Source: Asterias rubens (taxonomy: Eukaryota). Taken from it: a stretch of 64,000 bases of DNA. Under the pieces are notes generated by a model. It was not told the origin of the DNA, searched no databases, and saw nothing but the letters and a program-made list of their open reading frames with translations. Shown piece after piece: positions 1 through 15,147 of this stretch. Numbering within the stretch: position 1 is the stretch's first letter; the number at the start of each line of letters is the position of its first letter. The position numbers were made by a program, and so were the translations under genes. The DNA lies in NCBI RefSeq assembly GCF_902459465.1, contig NC_047081.1:806001-870000 (forward strand), written 5' to 3'.

Positions 1-390
1 AGAATATAAAATAACAGTAATGTGTATGCACTTTTTCACGCCAAGTACAGATTAGATCTAAGGACCTTTTTACATAGCAACTTGTAATGTATTACAAGGT
101 GCTGTGGCACAATATGCTGCCAATCCAGCCAGAAACACCGGGGTGAATACCTTCTCTTTTCGATGCACTTGGTTCTTTTACGTGCGTTACACAACACACA
201 TGACCAATGGTTTTACACCCCATGCGAAGGACGAAGCAATGGTTTAGTGTCTTGCTTAAAGACACAAGTGTCACGGCTGGGGATTCGAACCCACACTCTG
301 TTGATCAGATACACCAACCGCCCGGCCATGACACTTCCAAATAAAAGATTTGTTTTAAAATAAATAAAAAAAGAGAGTTTAAGACCATAC

Positions 391-3300
391 CAGTTGAAGG
401 ATGACACTCTCAACGAGCTCTCTGAAGGAGATATCTTTATTTCCTTGGCTGTCGTAGATGTACTTGATGAGCTTAGCAATGACTTCAGTATCGGTGTCCG
501 ACTCGAAGCGGAATCCTTTAGTCTGAAGGAATGTCTTTATGTCCTTGTAGTTGGTGATGATACCATTGTGGATCACAACAAATTCTGCATTGATAGGAAA
601 CATACAGTTGACGATGATCAATGATTCACACACAAACAAAATTTTTAAAAATCTGGACTCCGTAATAACTTTTTATACAAGACTCAATAACAAATTGTTG
701 TTAAATAGTGCTTTTTACAATAACCATATCAATGCGCTGTACACTAGTGCCCTACATGTATGTCATTGGGCCAATAACATTCCTTAACCGTTCTCAGCTG
801 CCGTGGCACTGCAAAGGCTTTTTCAAACACAGTATCAACCTTTACCCTCGCAGGTACCCATTTATACTCCTGGGTGGAGAGAAGCAATTATAGTAAAACA
901 TCTTAACCACTCTACGGCATCCTACTCTAGTAAAAAGCTAAATCAGTAGATGATATGACATATGACACAAGAAGATTACATCATCACACATCAAGGAATT
1001 GAAATCAATTGTCTTACAGTAAGTATTGTTTGAAGCTTTGCATGGTGTGGAGAAATAACATAGAACTATAAATAGATAGTAAACTTGCGGGTACAACTAT
1101 GTGTAAATCTCTGACGCGAGAGTGTTGGCTCTGAAAAGAGCTGGTTTGGTCTCAACGTTTCTCCTAAAGATGAGCAGAGTATACTGTTCGAAACGTTGAG
1201 ACCAAACCAGCCCATTTTCAGAGCCAACACTCACTCATCAGAGATTTACACATGGTTGTACCAGCAAGTTTACTAGTTATTTATAGTTCCATCTTAATTG
1301 GCTTACAAATCTTAAAGCTTACCGTTTTGTTCCCCTGAGCGATGAGGATGACTGTTGATGGCGTTGGGGACACCATGAGTAGCCCAGCGTGTGTGGGCAA
1401 TACCACAATGAATGTCAAACACAAGGTCAAAATCAAGATCTTCTTGTACTGAGAAGAATCAAACCAAGAAGAGTAAGAAACATCGTAATACAGAGATGTG
1501 ATTTGTAGAAGATGATCATTCTTGAAAATTTATTGCTAGCCTGGACCCCTTCATCTAGACCCTGAACCGCCTGGATGTTATCGTCGCATGGAAAATCACG
1601 GACTCTGTGCATCACCAGACATGCACAAACTACAGGTTTGAGCACAAAGTAGACTATTTCTTTCTCCCTTTGGTAATTGCTTTACTTATTTCAAGAAGAA
1701 AATATCACCTTTGTCAAAACTCATCTCTGTAAATGTATTAAACATAAGTGAACAATTTGGACACACAGTTTTTTAGTTTCAAGCAAATTTGAACACAATT
1801 TGCCAAATCCTGGCTAAAAGCTGATACAGGGGATCAGGTTAAAAATGGTATCAAGAAATCAAAGATTGCTACCTACCTTGTATTTCCTCTTCCAACGCCT
1901 TGACTTTTCCTTGCTTCTTAATGATTCGAGTCATTTGCTCCTTGCCGGTCTCAAGAGGGTATGAGCTGCTCCCTTCAATGGCAAGACCTGCAAGTATAAA
2001 TTGTAAACAATTACAAGATGACAAAACTTAATCCAAGGTTTTCTTGCTCAATTTTTTTATTTTTTTTATATTTTTCATGAGAGTTCGCGTAACATCACAA
2101 GGCCACACGGGTACTTCAAGGTGAGGGCTACACATAACTGATTTGGGCTATCGACCCAAATCAACTGCCACCAGGACCAGGGGCACAATGCCACCTACCT
2201 GGGGCTGAAACAGGGCTACCCCCTTCACAGTATGCAAGGATGTAGCAATGGGTATCATCCACTAGGAGCCTGGCTGGTAGAGCAGCTTCCCAACTGTTTT
2301 ACAAAGCAATTATGGTTCAGTGCCTTGCTAAGGGCCACAAGAGTCATGCCGGGATTCGAACCCAAACTCTGCTGCTGACAACACCAGAGCTTGGGTCCAG
2401 TGAACTAGACCTCTCGGCCATGACACGCTCGAATTGGGAATGTGGGATGAAGTGGGGGGTGTTGATTCTGGGTAGTTTTGGTTTTTGTATGAATTTATGC
2501 CCAAGTCTTCACTGAGTGGTAACTGACTGGGTTGGTGGCTGGTCGAAGATGGACGGGGACGAACCACGTACCAAGTTCATACTAACTACATGATATTCTG
2601 CACGTCGCACAATCAATAGATTTTGTATTTTGGCTTTGGCCCAATCATTCTAGTCATGTTCAAGGTCCATTCTTTAGCCTGTTCAATTTTTGATAACTTG
2701 TGTCGAGATAAGTTTATGTCTGTGATGTTTTGACCTATTGTTGAGTTTGGCAAACAAGCTTCTTCTTCTTTTTTTCGTACCTTGGTCTGACTAACACTCA
2801 CTACCTGTACACTTCTACACCTGTTGTTTTTCTGTCGTCTTTTCAATCAATCAAATTTATGTTAATCTGTTAATTTATTCCTTGCTTCTTCAAATTTTTG
2901 AAAGTCTAATTAAATGTAAATATTGGCTCAGGAGAAAACTCCTACAGGTGCGTGCACTAGACACAGACACGTATGCATGCAGCGCCTAACAGATGTTCGC
3001 TTCCACAAGCAAATATACATTTACAGATATGGAAGGGAATATTAATGATGGAAGTGACGTGTACATACCCTGCTTTATTTCCGATTTGATTCAATTAGGT
3101 TAACTGTTACGAAATGCACATCGGCCAAAATCAAATTTGCATTTGAAATTGCAATTGTAAAATTAAGAAACTTATTGATCTATATGTAGGCCTGTAACGG
3201 TTCACAGATTTGTATGCATTTGCACAAAGTTTTACATGTTGAATCCTTGAAGAATCCTAATTTTTTATAATAAGTATTTATTACTATGCTAAGCCACTGT

Positions 3301-6300
3301 AAAAATGGGTCTCTATTTTAAAGCAGTTTTTTGGTGTAATTAGTTATTTTGTTGTGCTACCACTACCTTCCTTGTTTATCTATCAGACTAAAAGGCCAAT
3401 TATTTTAGTTTTGAAAATAATCAACATTTTGATCCATCAGGTTGGGCGAGATAAAAATGCTACCAAACTGCGTACTTGGCAGTCAATGTTCAACAGATTA
3501 CACACAGCACCAACTGCTGATGAATAATCAATACAGAAAACTCTAACAAGTGTTTGAGAACAACATCTGGATGCGCCTAACACTAACAGGTGAGGAGTGC
3601 ATACATAAACTATTTGTTTGTAGGTTTTTTGTCTTCTCAAGAGTGGGAGTAAACACCTATTCCCCGGAGCCCAGCCAACGCATCCAGATTAATGTGCCAG
3701 CACTCAGCCAACTGAGCTGTCTAGCCCCTAATAATAGACCTTATCGCAAACACTTGGTATGTGCGCTGTAGATGTTGAATGAGGTGCATGCTGGTCTAGC
3801 TAGCGCTCAAGTTTGATTCTAAGCTAGACCAGCATGCACCTCATTCAACAGTTAGCGTTTGCACAATGGGTATTTGCGAATAGGTTTCACATCATTGGTG
3901 GGCTAAATAAAAAAGAAAGCTGGGACCGAAGGATGGAGTAATGCCAACCTAGAAAGTGTGTGTGGGAGCGGGGAGGGGGTGACATATTTACCTGCCGAGT
4001 CGTACCCTCTGTACTCTAGTCGTTTCAGGCCATTTATCAACGTTTCTAAAATGACCTTCCGTTGCTTAGGAACCAAGTGGTTGATGTAAGCAAAAATTCC
4101 TGTAAAATAAAAAAAAGAAGTTTAAGAACTGGTTTGCTGATCCATAGAAACTAGCACGATGATGATTATGCCCAAAGTCAATAGAAAGGAGCATCCGAAA
4201 GGCGAAGACCATGGTTAGGGAGGATCGATTTAGGAAAATTGGGCCATTCGACTTCCCTAAAACGTATTTCCTTAAGCGAAGACCATGGTTAGGGAGGATC
4301 GATTTGGGAAAATTGGGCCATTCGACTTCCCTAAAAAGTATTTCCTTAAGCGAAGACCATGGTTAGGGAGGATCGATTTGGGAAAATTGGGCCATTCGAC
4401 TTCCCTAAAAAGTATTTCCTAATACTTTTTAGGGAAGTCGAATGGCCCAATTTTCCCAAATCGATCCTCCCTAACCATGGTCTTCGCCTTTCGGATCCTC
4501 CCAAAAAAAGTTCACAACAATGTCTCATATCTGCTGACTTGTACAGCAAGAAACAGTTTACGGAAACATGTTTGTATCTTGCCACCACTTTTAATTATAT
4601 TTATTACGTCTAATTTTATGGATCCTGCTGCGTAAACCAACATAAACGTAAACAGTATCGAAAATTAGACCCAGTGACTGGGGCGCTAGATTCCTTTTTT
4701 TTTTTATTTTGATATTATCGGTCATCTAGAATGACCCATAACCCTTATATAATGTCCAAATTTTAAAAAAAAGGAAGATGACCGATTATGTCAAAATTAT
4801 TTTTTAAAAAGAATCTAGCGCCCCAGTCACTGGGTCTCATCGAAAAAAGCATCCTGATTATATGAAATATTCATTTTGTTGGTTTAAATACAATTAAAAT
4901 GAGTGAATGAAAAGTGGTTCCTTTTTCCGATCCAAATGCAATAAATAGACAAATGCACTGGGGTCGAAACTCACATTCACAACGACCTAGCCCCACTTGT
5001 GTGGCCAAGGATAGTAGCCAAGGTTGGACTCCTCCGTTGCAAGCAACGCGACGGAGTCCAGGGTATAAAGGTCCCGTACCATTGCGAAAATTTGTCAAAA
5101 ATCTGTTAAAAATATTACTACCTAAGTCGGGAGTTCGAACTTTTACTCACATGTTCCTTGTAGTTGGAACTCAAAGTTCGCATTATTTAAAATTGTTGAA
5201 TTTTCTCCTTTGGTGTTAATATTTTGTGAAAAGAAAATTGAAATTAGCGTGTTCCGATCCCACGTCGTGCACTAACTTCCGTGTAAACACTTTCTTGCAC
5301 TGATCCCTGGCGGCCTACTATTTGCAGCCAAATCGCTCTCAACCTGCGTTAACCAAACACTAAGCAGATGGATAATAGTCGGTGAGCAATTTACACAAAG
5401 CGCAGAACTATGCAATACCGAGCATTGACGTCTTGTGCCAAGACTCCATGAGCCGGAAGCGTATTTTTTTCCTGTGACAAATGAGGCCACCTTTTACCAT
5501 AAATTAGCGCATGCTAACCGTCCCAAGAAAAAAAATATACGCACGCAGGAAAGCGCCCTCTGTTGTCCGCACATGTACAAGAAGCACTGTGATAAAGCAA
5601 GACGGCGCGCGGCAGACGATTTTTTGCTGCACGCTTGGATTTTTTATTTTTTTTTTCAAGAAAAAAAACTTGACGGTCATTGTATTGAAACCATAACAGC
5701 CTATTCTTATAACATAACATTACCTTCATAAACGCACGTGGTTATTTTGTGGTTTGTTCGAATTTCCCTCCGTCCTCCCTCCCTCCCCTCCTCCCTTCCC
5801 AAAATAATTTCAGTGTACCCATTTCGGAAATGAATCAGTCCTAGCGATTTTTTCCATTGCGCATGGACGCTGACCGACTGATTGGAGCGTTGAACAACAA
5901 CACTCACACACACAAACAACATAAACATGGCGGAGTTCGATGTCACTGGGAGTCGAAAACGGCCCAATTTTGACCTTTGTTTACAACCTGTTACGTTTTT
6001 TTTCTCTCTTTTTTTTCTGGATGTATATATGCGTTAACCCTTCTTCTAAGGTAAGAAAAAAATTCAGTGGTTTTGGAGTTAATTAACGGCGGATAAATTG
6101 GTGGCGACGACCGGAAGATTACCCGAACTTTGACATACTTTTGGATATAATTTCTTCCATGGATATATTTGTTGGCTGTGAACTCGTTGAGAATATAGTT
6201 AGGGACACCATGAATATATGAACGGAATTTCAGCTTCTCAAATCAGGTAAAAAATTAAGAAATTGTAATCAAACTTGTGTTCGCATTGTAATTGTAAAGA

Positions 6301-6631
6301 ACCTTTATACCCAGGACGTCAGTGCAGTGGCGCACCGACTGACGTCCTACCGCTGTGCTACAATACAACTTTACAAGGATAGCTGAATCCTTGGCCACAC
6401 AAGTGGGGCTAACAACGACCATGACCAAAAGGACAAAGGAAAACATGGATTGCATGATACTTAGAACACTTTACATCATTTGTTATGGGGTTGGTCATTA
6501 ATTGAAAATATACACACAAGTGGGGCTACTAAAAAATATATTTTGCAGAAGTGAAACTGAATGAAAGGGGAACCAAACCAACAAAATCATTCCCTTTTTT
6601 GACAGAAATTGTCGTTTTACTTACCACACAT
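391..6631 (-). CDS. GFPT: Glutamine--fructose-6-phosphate aminotransferase (GFAT), 5' part; gene continues beyond the window start
   Basis: Coding exons (minus) 6625-6631 (ATGTGTG|gtaagt), 3992-4099, 1877-1987, 1323-1448, 391-584; all GT-AG with consistent phases. Translation [39 protein letters not shown]...[11 protein letters not shown]...[10 protein letters not shown]...FESDTDTEV shows the N-terminal nucleophile Cys and Ntn-glutaminase motifs. GFPT1 vs GFPT2 is not resolvable. Confidence 0.95.
1079..1275. mobile_element. Penelope-type remnant: inverted repeat around a degenerate hammerhead motif
   Basis: Arms ~1079-1161 and ~1189-1275 are reverse complements. The centre reads TCTC-CTAAAGA-TGAGCAG-agtata-CTGTTC-GAAA-CGTT-GAGA. 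Related sequence occurs at ~41945-42060. Confidence 0.6.
2305..2430 (-). mobile_element. tRNA-derived SINE, same family
   Basis: Reverse complement: gtcatggccgagaggtctagttcactggacccaagctctggtgttgtcagcagcagagtttgggttcgaatcccgg. Confidence 0.8.
3735..3888. mobile_element. MITE with an internal perfect 29-bp hairpin
   Basis: 3773-3801 is the exact reverse complement of 3822-3850; imperfect outer IRs; the left end (gaccttatcgcaaa) recurs at 13215. Confidence 0.65.
4193..4496. repeat. Three direct 74-bp units plus one inverted unit (foldback)
   Basis: Units start at 4202, 4276, 4350. 4350-4416 and 4421-4487 form a perfect 67-bp palindrome with a 4-nt spacer. Confidence 0.9.
4666..4838. mobile_element. 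MITE with perfect 27-bp TIRs and a probable 9-bp TSD
   Basis: agacccagtgactggggcgctagattc at 4667-4693 is inverted at 4811-4837; flanks atcgaaaat (4657-4665) and atcgaaaaa (4839-4847). Confidence 0.8.
4988..6411. mobile_element. 1424-bp non-autonomous DNA transposon, 25-bp TIRs, perfect 9-bp TSD
   Basis: TIR tagccccacttgtgtggccaaggat at 4988-5012, reverse complement at 6387-6411; TSD acaacgacc at 4979-4987 and 6412-6420. No transposase ORF. Confidence 0.88.
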
Positions 6632-8021
6632 AATGACAAGAGTTGAATTGATGACCCAGACGAAAACAACAACCACACGAACAGAATGACACAAAGTCCA
6701 AACTACACAAATCCTAGTTCAGCATTTGGTTCTGATCTGAATAAAACTGTCAACAAAACCCAACCAAGCTTCATCTGTTTTTCTTTACAACGTGTCAACT
6801 AAAAAAGTTAGTTGACCTTTGACACCAGCATAAAACCCATCAGTGCGCGCGTGAGCCGCCACCTACGTTGAGTTGTGTGCAGTCAGTCATGCGCAAAATC
6901 CATTCATCTGATTGAAGAAAGATTGTTGTTTTTCCGGGGCCAGTTTTTCTGTCAGTGACGGCCGGCCATTGGCGGGCTAGAGTTACCTGTTGATCACATT
7001 TTGCATTATCATGTTTTGGATGATGAAATATCATATACTATTTGGATGATGAAATATCATATATTATTTCCTTCCTCCATTATTTCCTTATGCTGTGCCC
7101 CTTTGTGAATATTCCCCATTGTAAACTATATTCTGTGTGGTTTCCTTTGTAATGCTTTTTTAAAGTTTCATCAAAACTATTTGCAGTGTATTATTTTTGG
7201 GTGAATAATAAAATCATCATCTATTTCCCCATGCATAGAGTCCTTGCTCCATGCATAGAGTAAGGACAGGGATACCATAACCGCACTTATTATAATAGAG
7301 CCTTCTTTGTCATTTTGATTGGTGGAAAACGCGTCACGTGCTATACATTATTTTGCCCAAGTGTTACACACACTCCTAGCCCCATCCAAAATAGAATATA
7401 GGAGTCCTATATTAATCATACACCAGAGTTGTCAGCAGTTTGCACGTAAAATGTGTGATAAGGCGATTCTGACGATGTTGAATATAATTATTCATTAGAT
7501 GCGCATTTTGCAGTAGATTGTAGTTACCCCCCCCCCCCCCCGATGATGACTTTCACCGCACCCCATTATTCTTCTTCATCACAGAATCAGCAAAGTTTTG
7601 AAACAGGCAACAATTAACTAGACAAGTTTCACCGGAATCATTCTCATACAAGCTAAACAACAATAAAGTGACGTAATATCTGTCAATTCCTTTATTAGGA
7701 AATGAAAATCCGCTGCAGTGCTAGACTAGATAGATAAAAGGCCAACGTGTTCAGTGGCAACTCATCAAACAAACATGAGTCACACTACTTATGAATACCG
7801 CCCTCATTCGGCAGAGCTAGGACAATTTCGGTGTTGCGCTAACCTGACTGGTACCCGACGCATGAAGCATTTTGAAACAACCGGCCGTAAGGGGTCACCA
7901 GTGAATATCAATATTATTCATTCTTCGACACCCGAAGTTTGACGTTCGGGGAGAAAAGAGTCGCAGTTTATCCCGTTATTTTCTCCTTCTTGACGACCAG
8001 CTCCGGTCCATTGTATTGAAG
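6632..8021. promoter_or_regulatory. Divergent promoter/5' UTR region of GFPT and SKP1
   Basis: GFPT ATG at 6631 (minus) faces the probable SKP1 non-coding exon (donor 8022); locally CpG-enriched. Confidence 0.6.
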
Positions 8022-8465
8022 GTAGGGACAATTTGGATTTAATAGGTTGCTGTTGTAGAAGATTTGGTTTGGAATAATTTCAAAATGAGTTATAAACTTA
8101 ATTCATCGGTCACACACACATCAAATTGTTTAGTTTGTGTTTTTTGACTACACAGTTTGCCATGCCATTTCATTCATTGTACATTTTGTAATGAAATTAT
8201 TTGTGTAGGCAAGGGTCCAATTTCATAGCCGTTATTGTGTTAAACAAATATACTGCTTAAGAGACTTGAATGCTATGCAAAAAGAATGGGTTGGGTACCA
8301 GTTAGTCACAACAATGTAAACTTCGTGGACTATTGAATTGAAGTCTGCCTTTTGTTGACTTTTTATTTAATTTTATAATTTATGTGATTGAAAAAGAATA
8401 GTTGATAACTTGAAGAGTTCAATTAGGCCTAATTAAAACTTAATTATAAGCGTTTTATTTTTCAG

Positions 8466-11499
<3,034 letters not shown>

Positions 11500-13160
11500 A
11501 CCCCCGTCATTTATTTAATTCAAAGCTCCACCCACAAAAAGTCTCAAGTCGGAAGAAAACATGTTTGCCAGCCTCACCCCCAACTTTCCATTTTGCGCGA
11601 CGTCACTTGATGGATCTTGATGGAAGATGATAGTTTTAGCTGATCCTATGAAGTTAGTTGCCTCTAGTCTAGGCTTGTACTCGCCAATTTGCTTTTTTGT
11701 CTGTTACTTTAAATACATGGTGAAGTCAAGGCTGTTGGAGAAATAGACTGGTGCTGTGTTGTTGCATTTATTGTCTGCACTTTGATTCTAATGCTACACA
11801 GTGAACCAAACAAACATGGCGGCCAGCTCCATTTGAAATGCTAGTCGTGTTCGAGATCCACCATTTGTAAAAACTTGTAAAATGTTTTTGTTATACAAAT
11901 TTTGTTCATAAAATTTCTGGCAAAGTTATGAAAGGTTGATGTTTGGTTATTCAAGGCATTTTTTTAACAAGGATTTAGGACAGAAAAGTTCTGTGGTGTT
12001 CTGTCACTGATGTTTAAAATTCTTAAAATTCTTACGGGTGTATAAAGCCAAGTCATGGAGGATCTTCGGCCAGTAAAAAAAATGTTTTCTGTAACCACAC
12101 CCAACATAGAAAACACACAGAACTTTTGCCTTTTTGTTTGAAAAAAAAAATGAGATCGGGAAAGTGTAAATAATATTTAGTGAAGATAGAGGCAACTGAG
12201 GTGCCATTGTCAAATTCAGTTTTGTGATGCACTCATTTTCAACTAGATACAGTCTTAATATCATGAAAAGGAAACATGAAACATTTTAATTGAGGTTAGA
12301 GACTCACAAGGACTCTATCTTTTGAAAAATGAGTCCATCATCAAACTGATTTGACCTTGGAGACCCTCTCTTTATTGTTTACTCAACCATAGAGGTTTCG
12401 ACCGCCATGACTCGACTCGGTAAGAAGTTGTAGTTAGACAAAATGTTAGATATTTAGTTGGGTCCAAAATTACAGCTCTTCTAAAATAAAAAAGGGCACA
12501 CGAAAAACGCCCTTGCTTAAAACATGGAATTAACCCTGTGAGCACTAGGTCAAATCAAATAACTTGTGCTTAGCAGAATTGCGTTATCAACCAAAATCCC
12601 ATTAAGTCTTAATTGCTTTTGATTGGTTTCCTGCTGAGATTTGCTTAGCGGGTATATTTTGTGAGCTGAACATCTGAATAGAACTAAGCCTATCGTAGTT
12701 TATTCTTCACTTATTAGGCTTAGCAGAAGGCAGGAAATATAATTGTTATGAGTTAGGTATGAAATGCTCCCCCTCCCATTGATGAAGATGAGGTAACGCC
12801 TGTGTATTTTCCCCTCTTTTATAAAAGAATTGTTGTGTGTAATAATTACTATAATATCAATTGAATTGTTTGTTATACTTTGGCTTTTGTTTGAAGCAAG
12901 CATGATGTGATAATTTGCACAAAATTAAAAAACAGAATAATTGTACAATGTTGTTTTAGCACATCTTTATTCCAATTTCTTGTATTAATGAATGAATATG
13001 TGTTTATTGTAGATGTTTGAAAACATTTCACTGTTTGCCCACCTGGGCCAGGATTGTCTCATGCATTTTAGATAATTAAACATTTGTCTTCAAACAATCA
13101 ATCATTGCTTCTTTGTCTCTTTGAATCAGAATAAAGTTGAGTTTGTTTTGAAAACGAAGA

Positions 13161-13818
13161 CGTAAGTTAATAACCAAGCTTTATGATTGGTCTGTTGCGC
13201 GTAGACAGGTATGGACCTTATCGCAAATACCAACGCACAAGCGAAGACTGTTGAATGAGGTACATTGTAGGATATAATGGATCAAATTTGGATACCAGCA
13301 AGACCACAATGCACCTAATTCCTAGCTTTACGCGCGCGCCCCGGTATTTGCGAAAAGGTCTCATCTGTGTTGGAATAGACGGGAGGTTGCGCGCAACCAA
13401 CCAATCATAGTCCAAGGAAAATTATCTTACGCTTAACGGACCAATCACAAAGCTTGGTTATTAACTTACGCTTAACAGACCAATCATAAAGCTTGGTTAT
13501 TAACTTACGCGCAACAGACCAATCATAAAGCAGCAGTTGTCCACACGTAAGAGGGCGGTATTTAACACCACCGTTAATTTTTCACCAGCAAACAAAATAC
13601 CACCGTTAAACCAGCATAGCGCCCTCATTTTTGTGTTGGTACACTAATTAAAAACACAGTCCACATGTCAAAGACCACTCAGCTCAACTTCAGTTCTTGA
13701 GCTTTGAATTCGTTCATATTTTCTTCACTTTTTGGCAGAACTTTTGCCATTTCTGTGGGTATAATAAACTACCGACTCTACACGAGGGAATCCCAAACTA
13801 GAATTAATCACAAGGAAG
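13161..13818 (+). promoter_or_regulatory. Putative promoter and first non-coding exon of the VAMP gene, with phased CCAAT boxes
   Basis: CCAAT at 13401, 13441, 13480, 13519; ATTGG at 13186; strong donor gtaagc at 13819; AATAAA at 13130 (possible SKP1 polyA signal) just upstream. Confidence 0.5.
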
Positions 13819-15147
13819 GTAAGCAAACACTGTCACTGCGCTGCGCTCACTCAGCAGCAGAGGGAGTGGCAGTTCCATTTTTTTACAAGGTTTATCATTA
13901 ATATCCCGGTTCTGCACTGCCTGCATTGTGTGGAGAGGCAGAGGGGTAAAAATAGAGTTACATATTTTAAGAACCCTTCTTCTCAGGTAAGAACAAATTC
14001 AGTGTTTTTGGAGTTAATTAATTAAGGGCGGATAAATTGGTGGCGACATGCGGAAAATTATCCGCGTATAGTTGTAACTGTAATTGTAAGTGGAAGGTTT
14101 TTCCAGTTTGTTGCATGATAAAATTTGTGGAAACGTTCTTTCCAGTGCTCTTCAAATTTCGTAAGTAGGCTTGTGTTTTTTGGGGGTTTTTTTTGGGGGG
14201 GGGGGCGTAACACTGGAATGGGGCTAACCCCACAAAGTTTAAAACACGAAAGATTCATAAAATTATAAGGTATCAGAAAACACAATTAATTATGAATAAT
14301 GTGGGCTCATATTATGAGCCCACATTGTCGCACTTCTTTAGTCTATATCGTTGGCACATTAATGTTTAAGTTTCAGCATATTCGGGCATAAAGCTCAAAA
14401 TTTGTATGTGTTCAGGAGACTAAAATAAAACCAATGTTCTCCATTTTGTAATTTATCTCACTGGATATCCCCGGATGTGTCATGATTGCCTTAAAGGAAG
14501 TTCAGGAATAATAGACGTTAAATAATTGCATAAGTGATTTCCTGCAAGACCTTGCATTAAATTTCAACATCCTGTATTACACCACTGCTGTTACACTGTG
14601 TACCACCACATACAGTGGCATAATGTCATATACTCAAAACAGTCCTTCCTCACAAGTGAAAGCTGTCATTTTGTTATGTTATTTTTCAACTGTGGTGGTT
14701 AGATCGCAGGACTTGCAATCACAAGGTTGTGGGTTGGAATCCCCCAAGCCAATTGTGGATTTCACAATGACTAGTATAAGTATTGATGTCTAGTTACTGA
14801 ATCACAATTTCTTGCTTTGTGTAATTATAATCATAGACATTAAACCAATGTTTGTATGAGAGACATTAGCTGCTGCCAGCTTGGTTTTTATATCTACTTG
14901 TTGGAGTTTGCCAAGCTCCCTTCACGGAAAGATCATCTAAACAAACAAACAAGCTCAGTTCAATTTCTCAATATTTCAGTTCAATTGTTAAATTTTTAAC
15001 AGACTCGTCACTTTATAATCGCCTTGATACATTTAATTTAATCTTGCAGATTAAACAAATCTGAGCATCTAAACTGTACACCAGAATTGAGCAACAGACG
15101 TAGAACTCATCAGAACTCATCAGTACTCATCAGGACTCACAGCCAAG

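Noticed and set aside
2613-2846. 77-aa ORF as a possible GIY-YIG/Penelope remnant
   Set aside because: No recognisable catalytic motif; the resemblance is too weak to support.
4202-4420. Possible CRISPR-like array
   Set aside because: The units are contiguous with no unique spacers, there are no cas genes, and the context is eukaryotic.
5511-5572. ATG TGC GGA (MCG) as the GFPT start
   Set aside because: No donor follows and the frame does not continue as GFAT; it lies inside the TIR element. The exon at 6625-6631 has ATGTGTG|gtaagt in the right phase.
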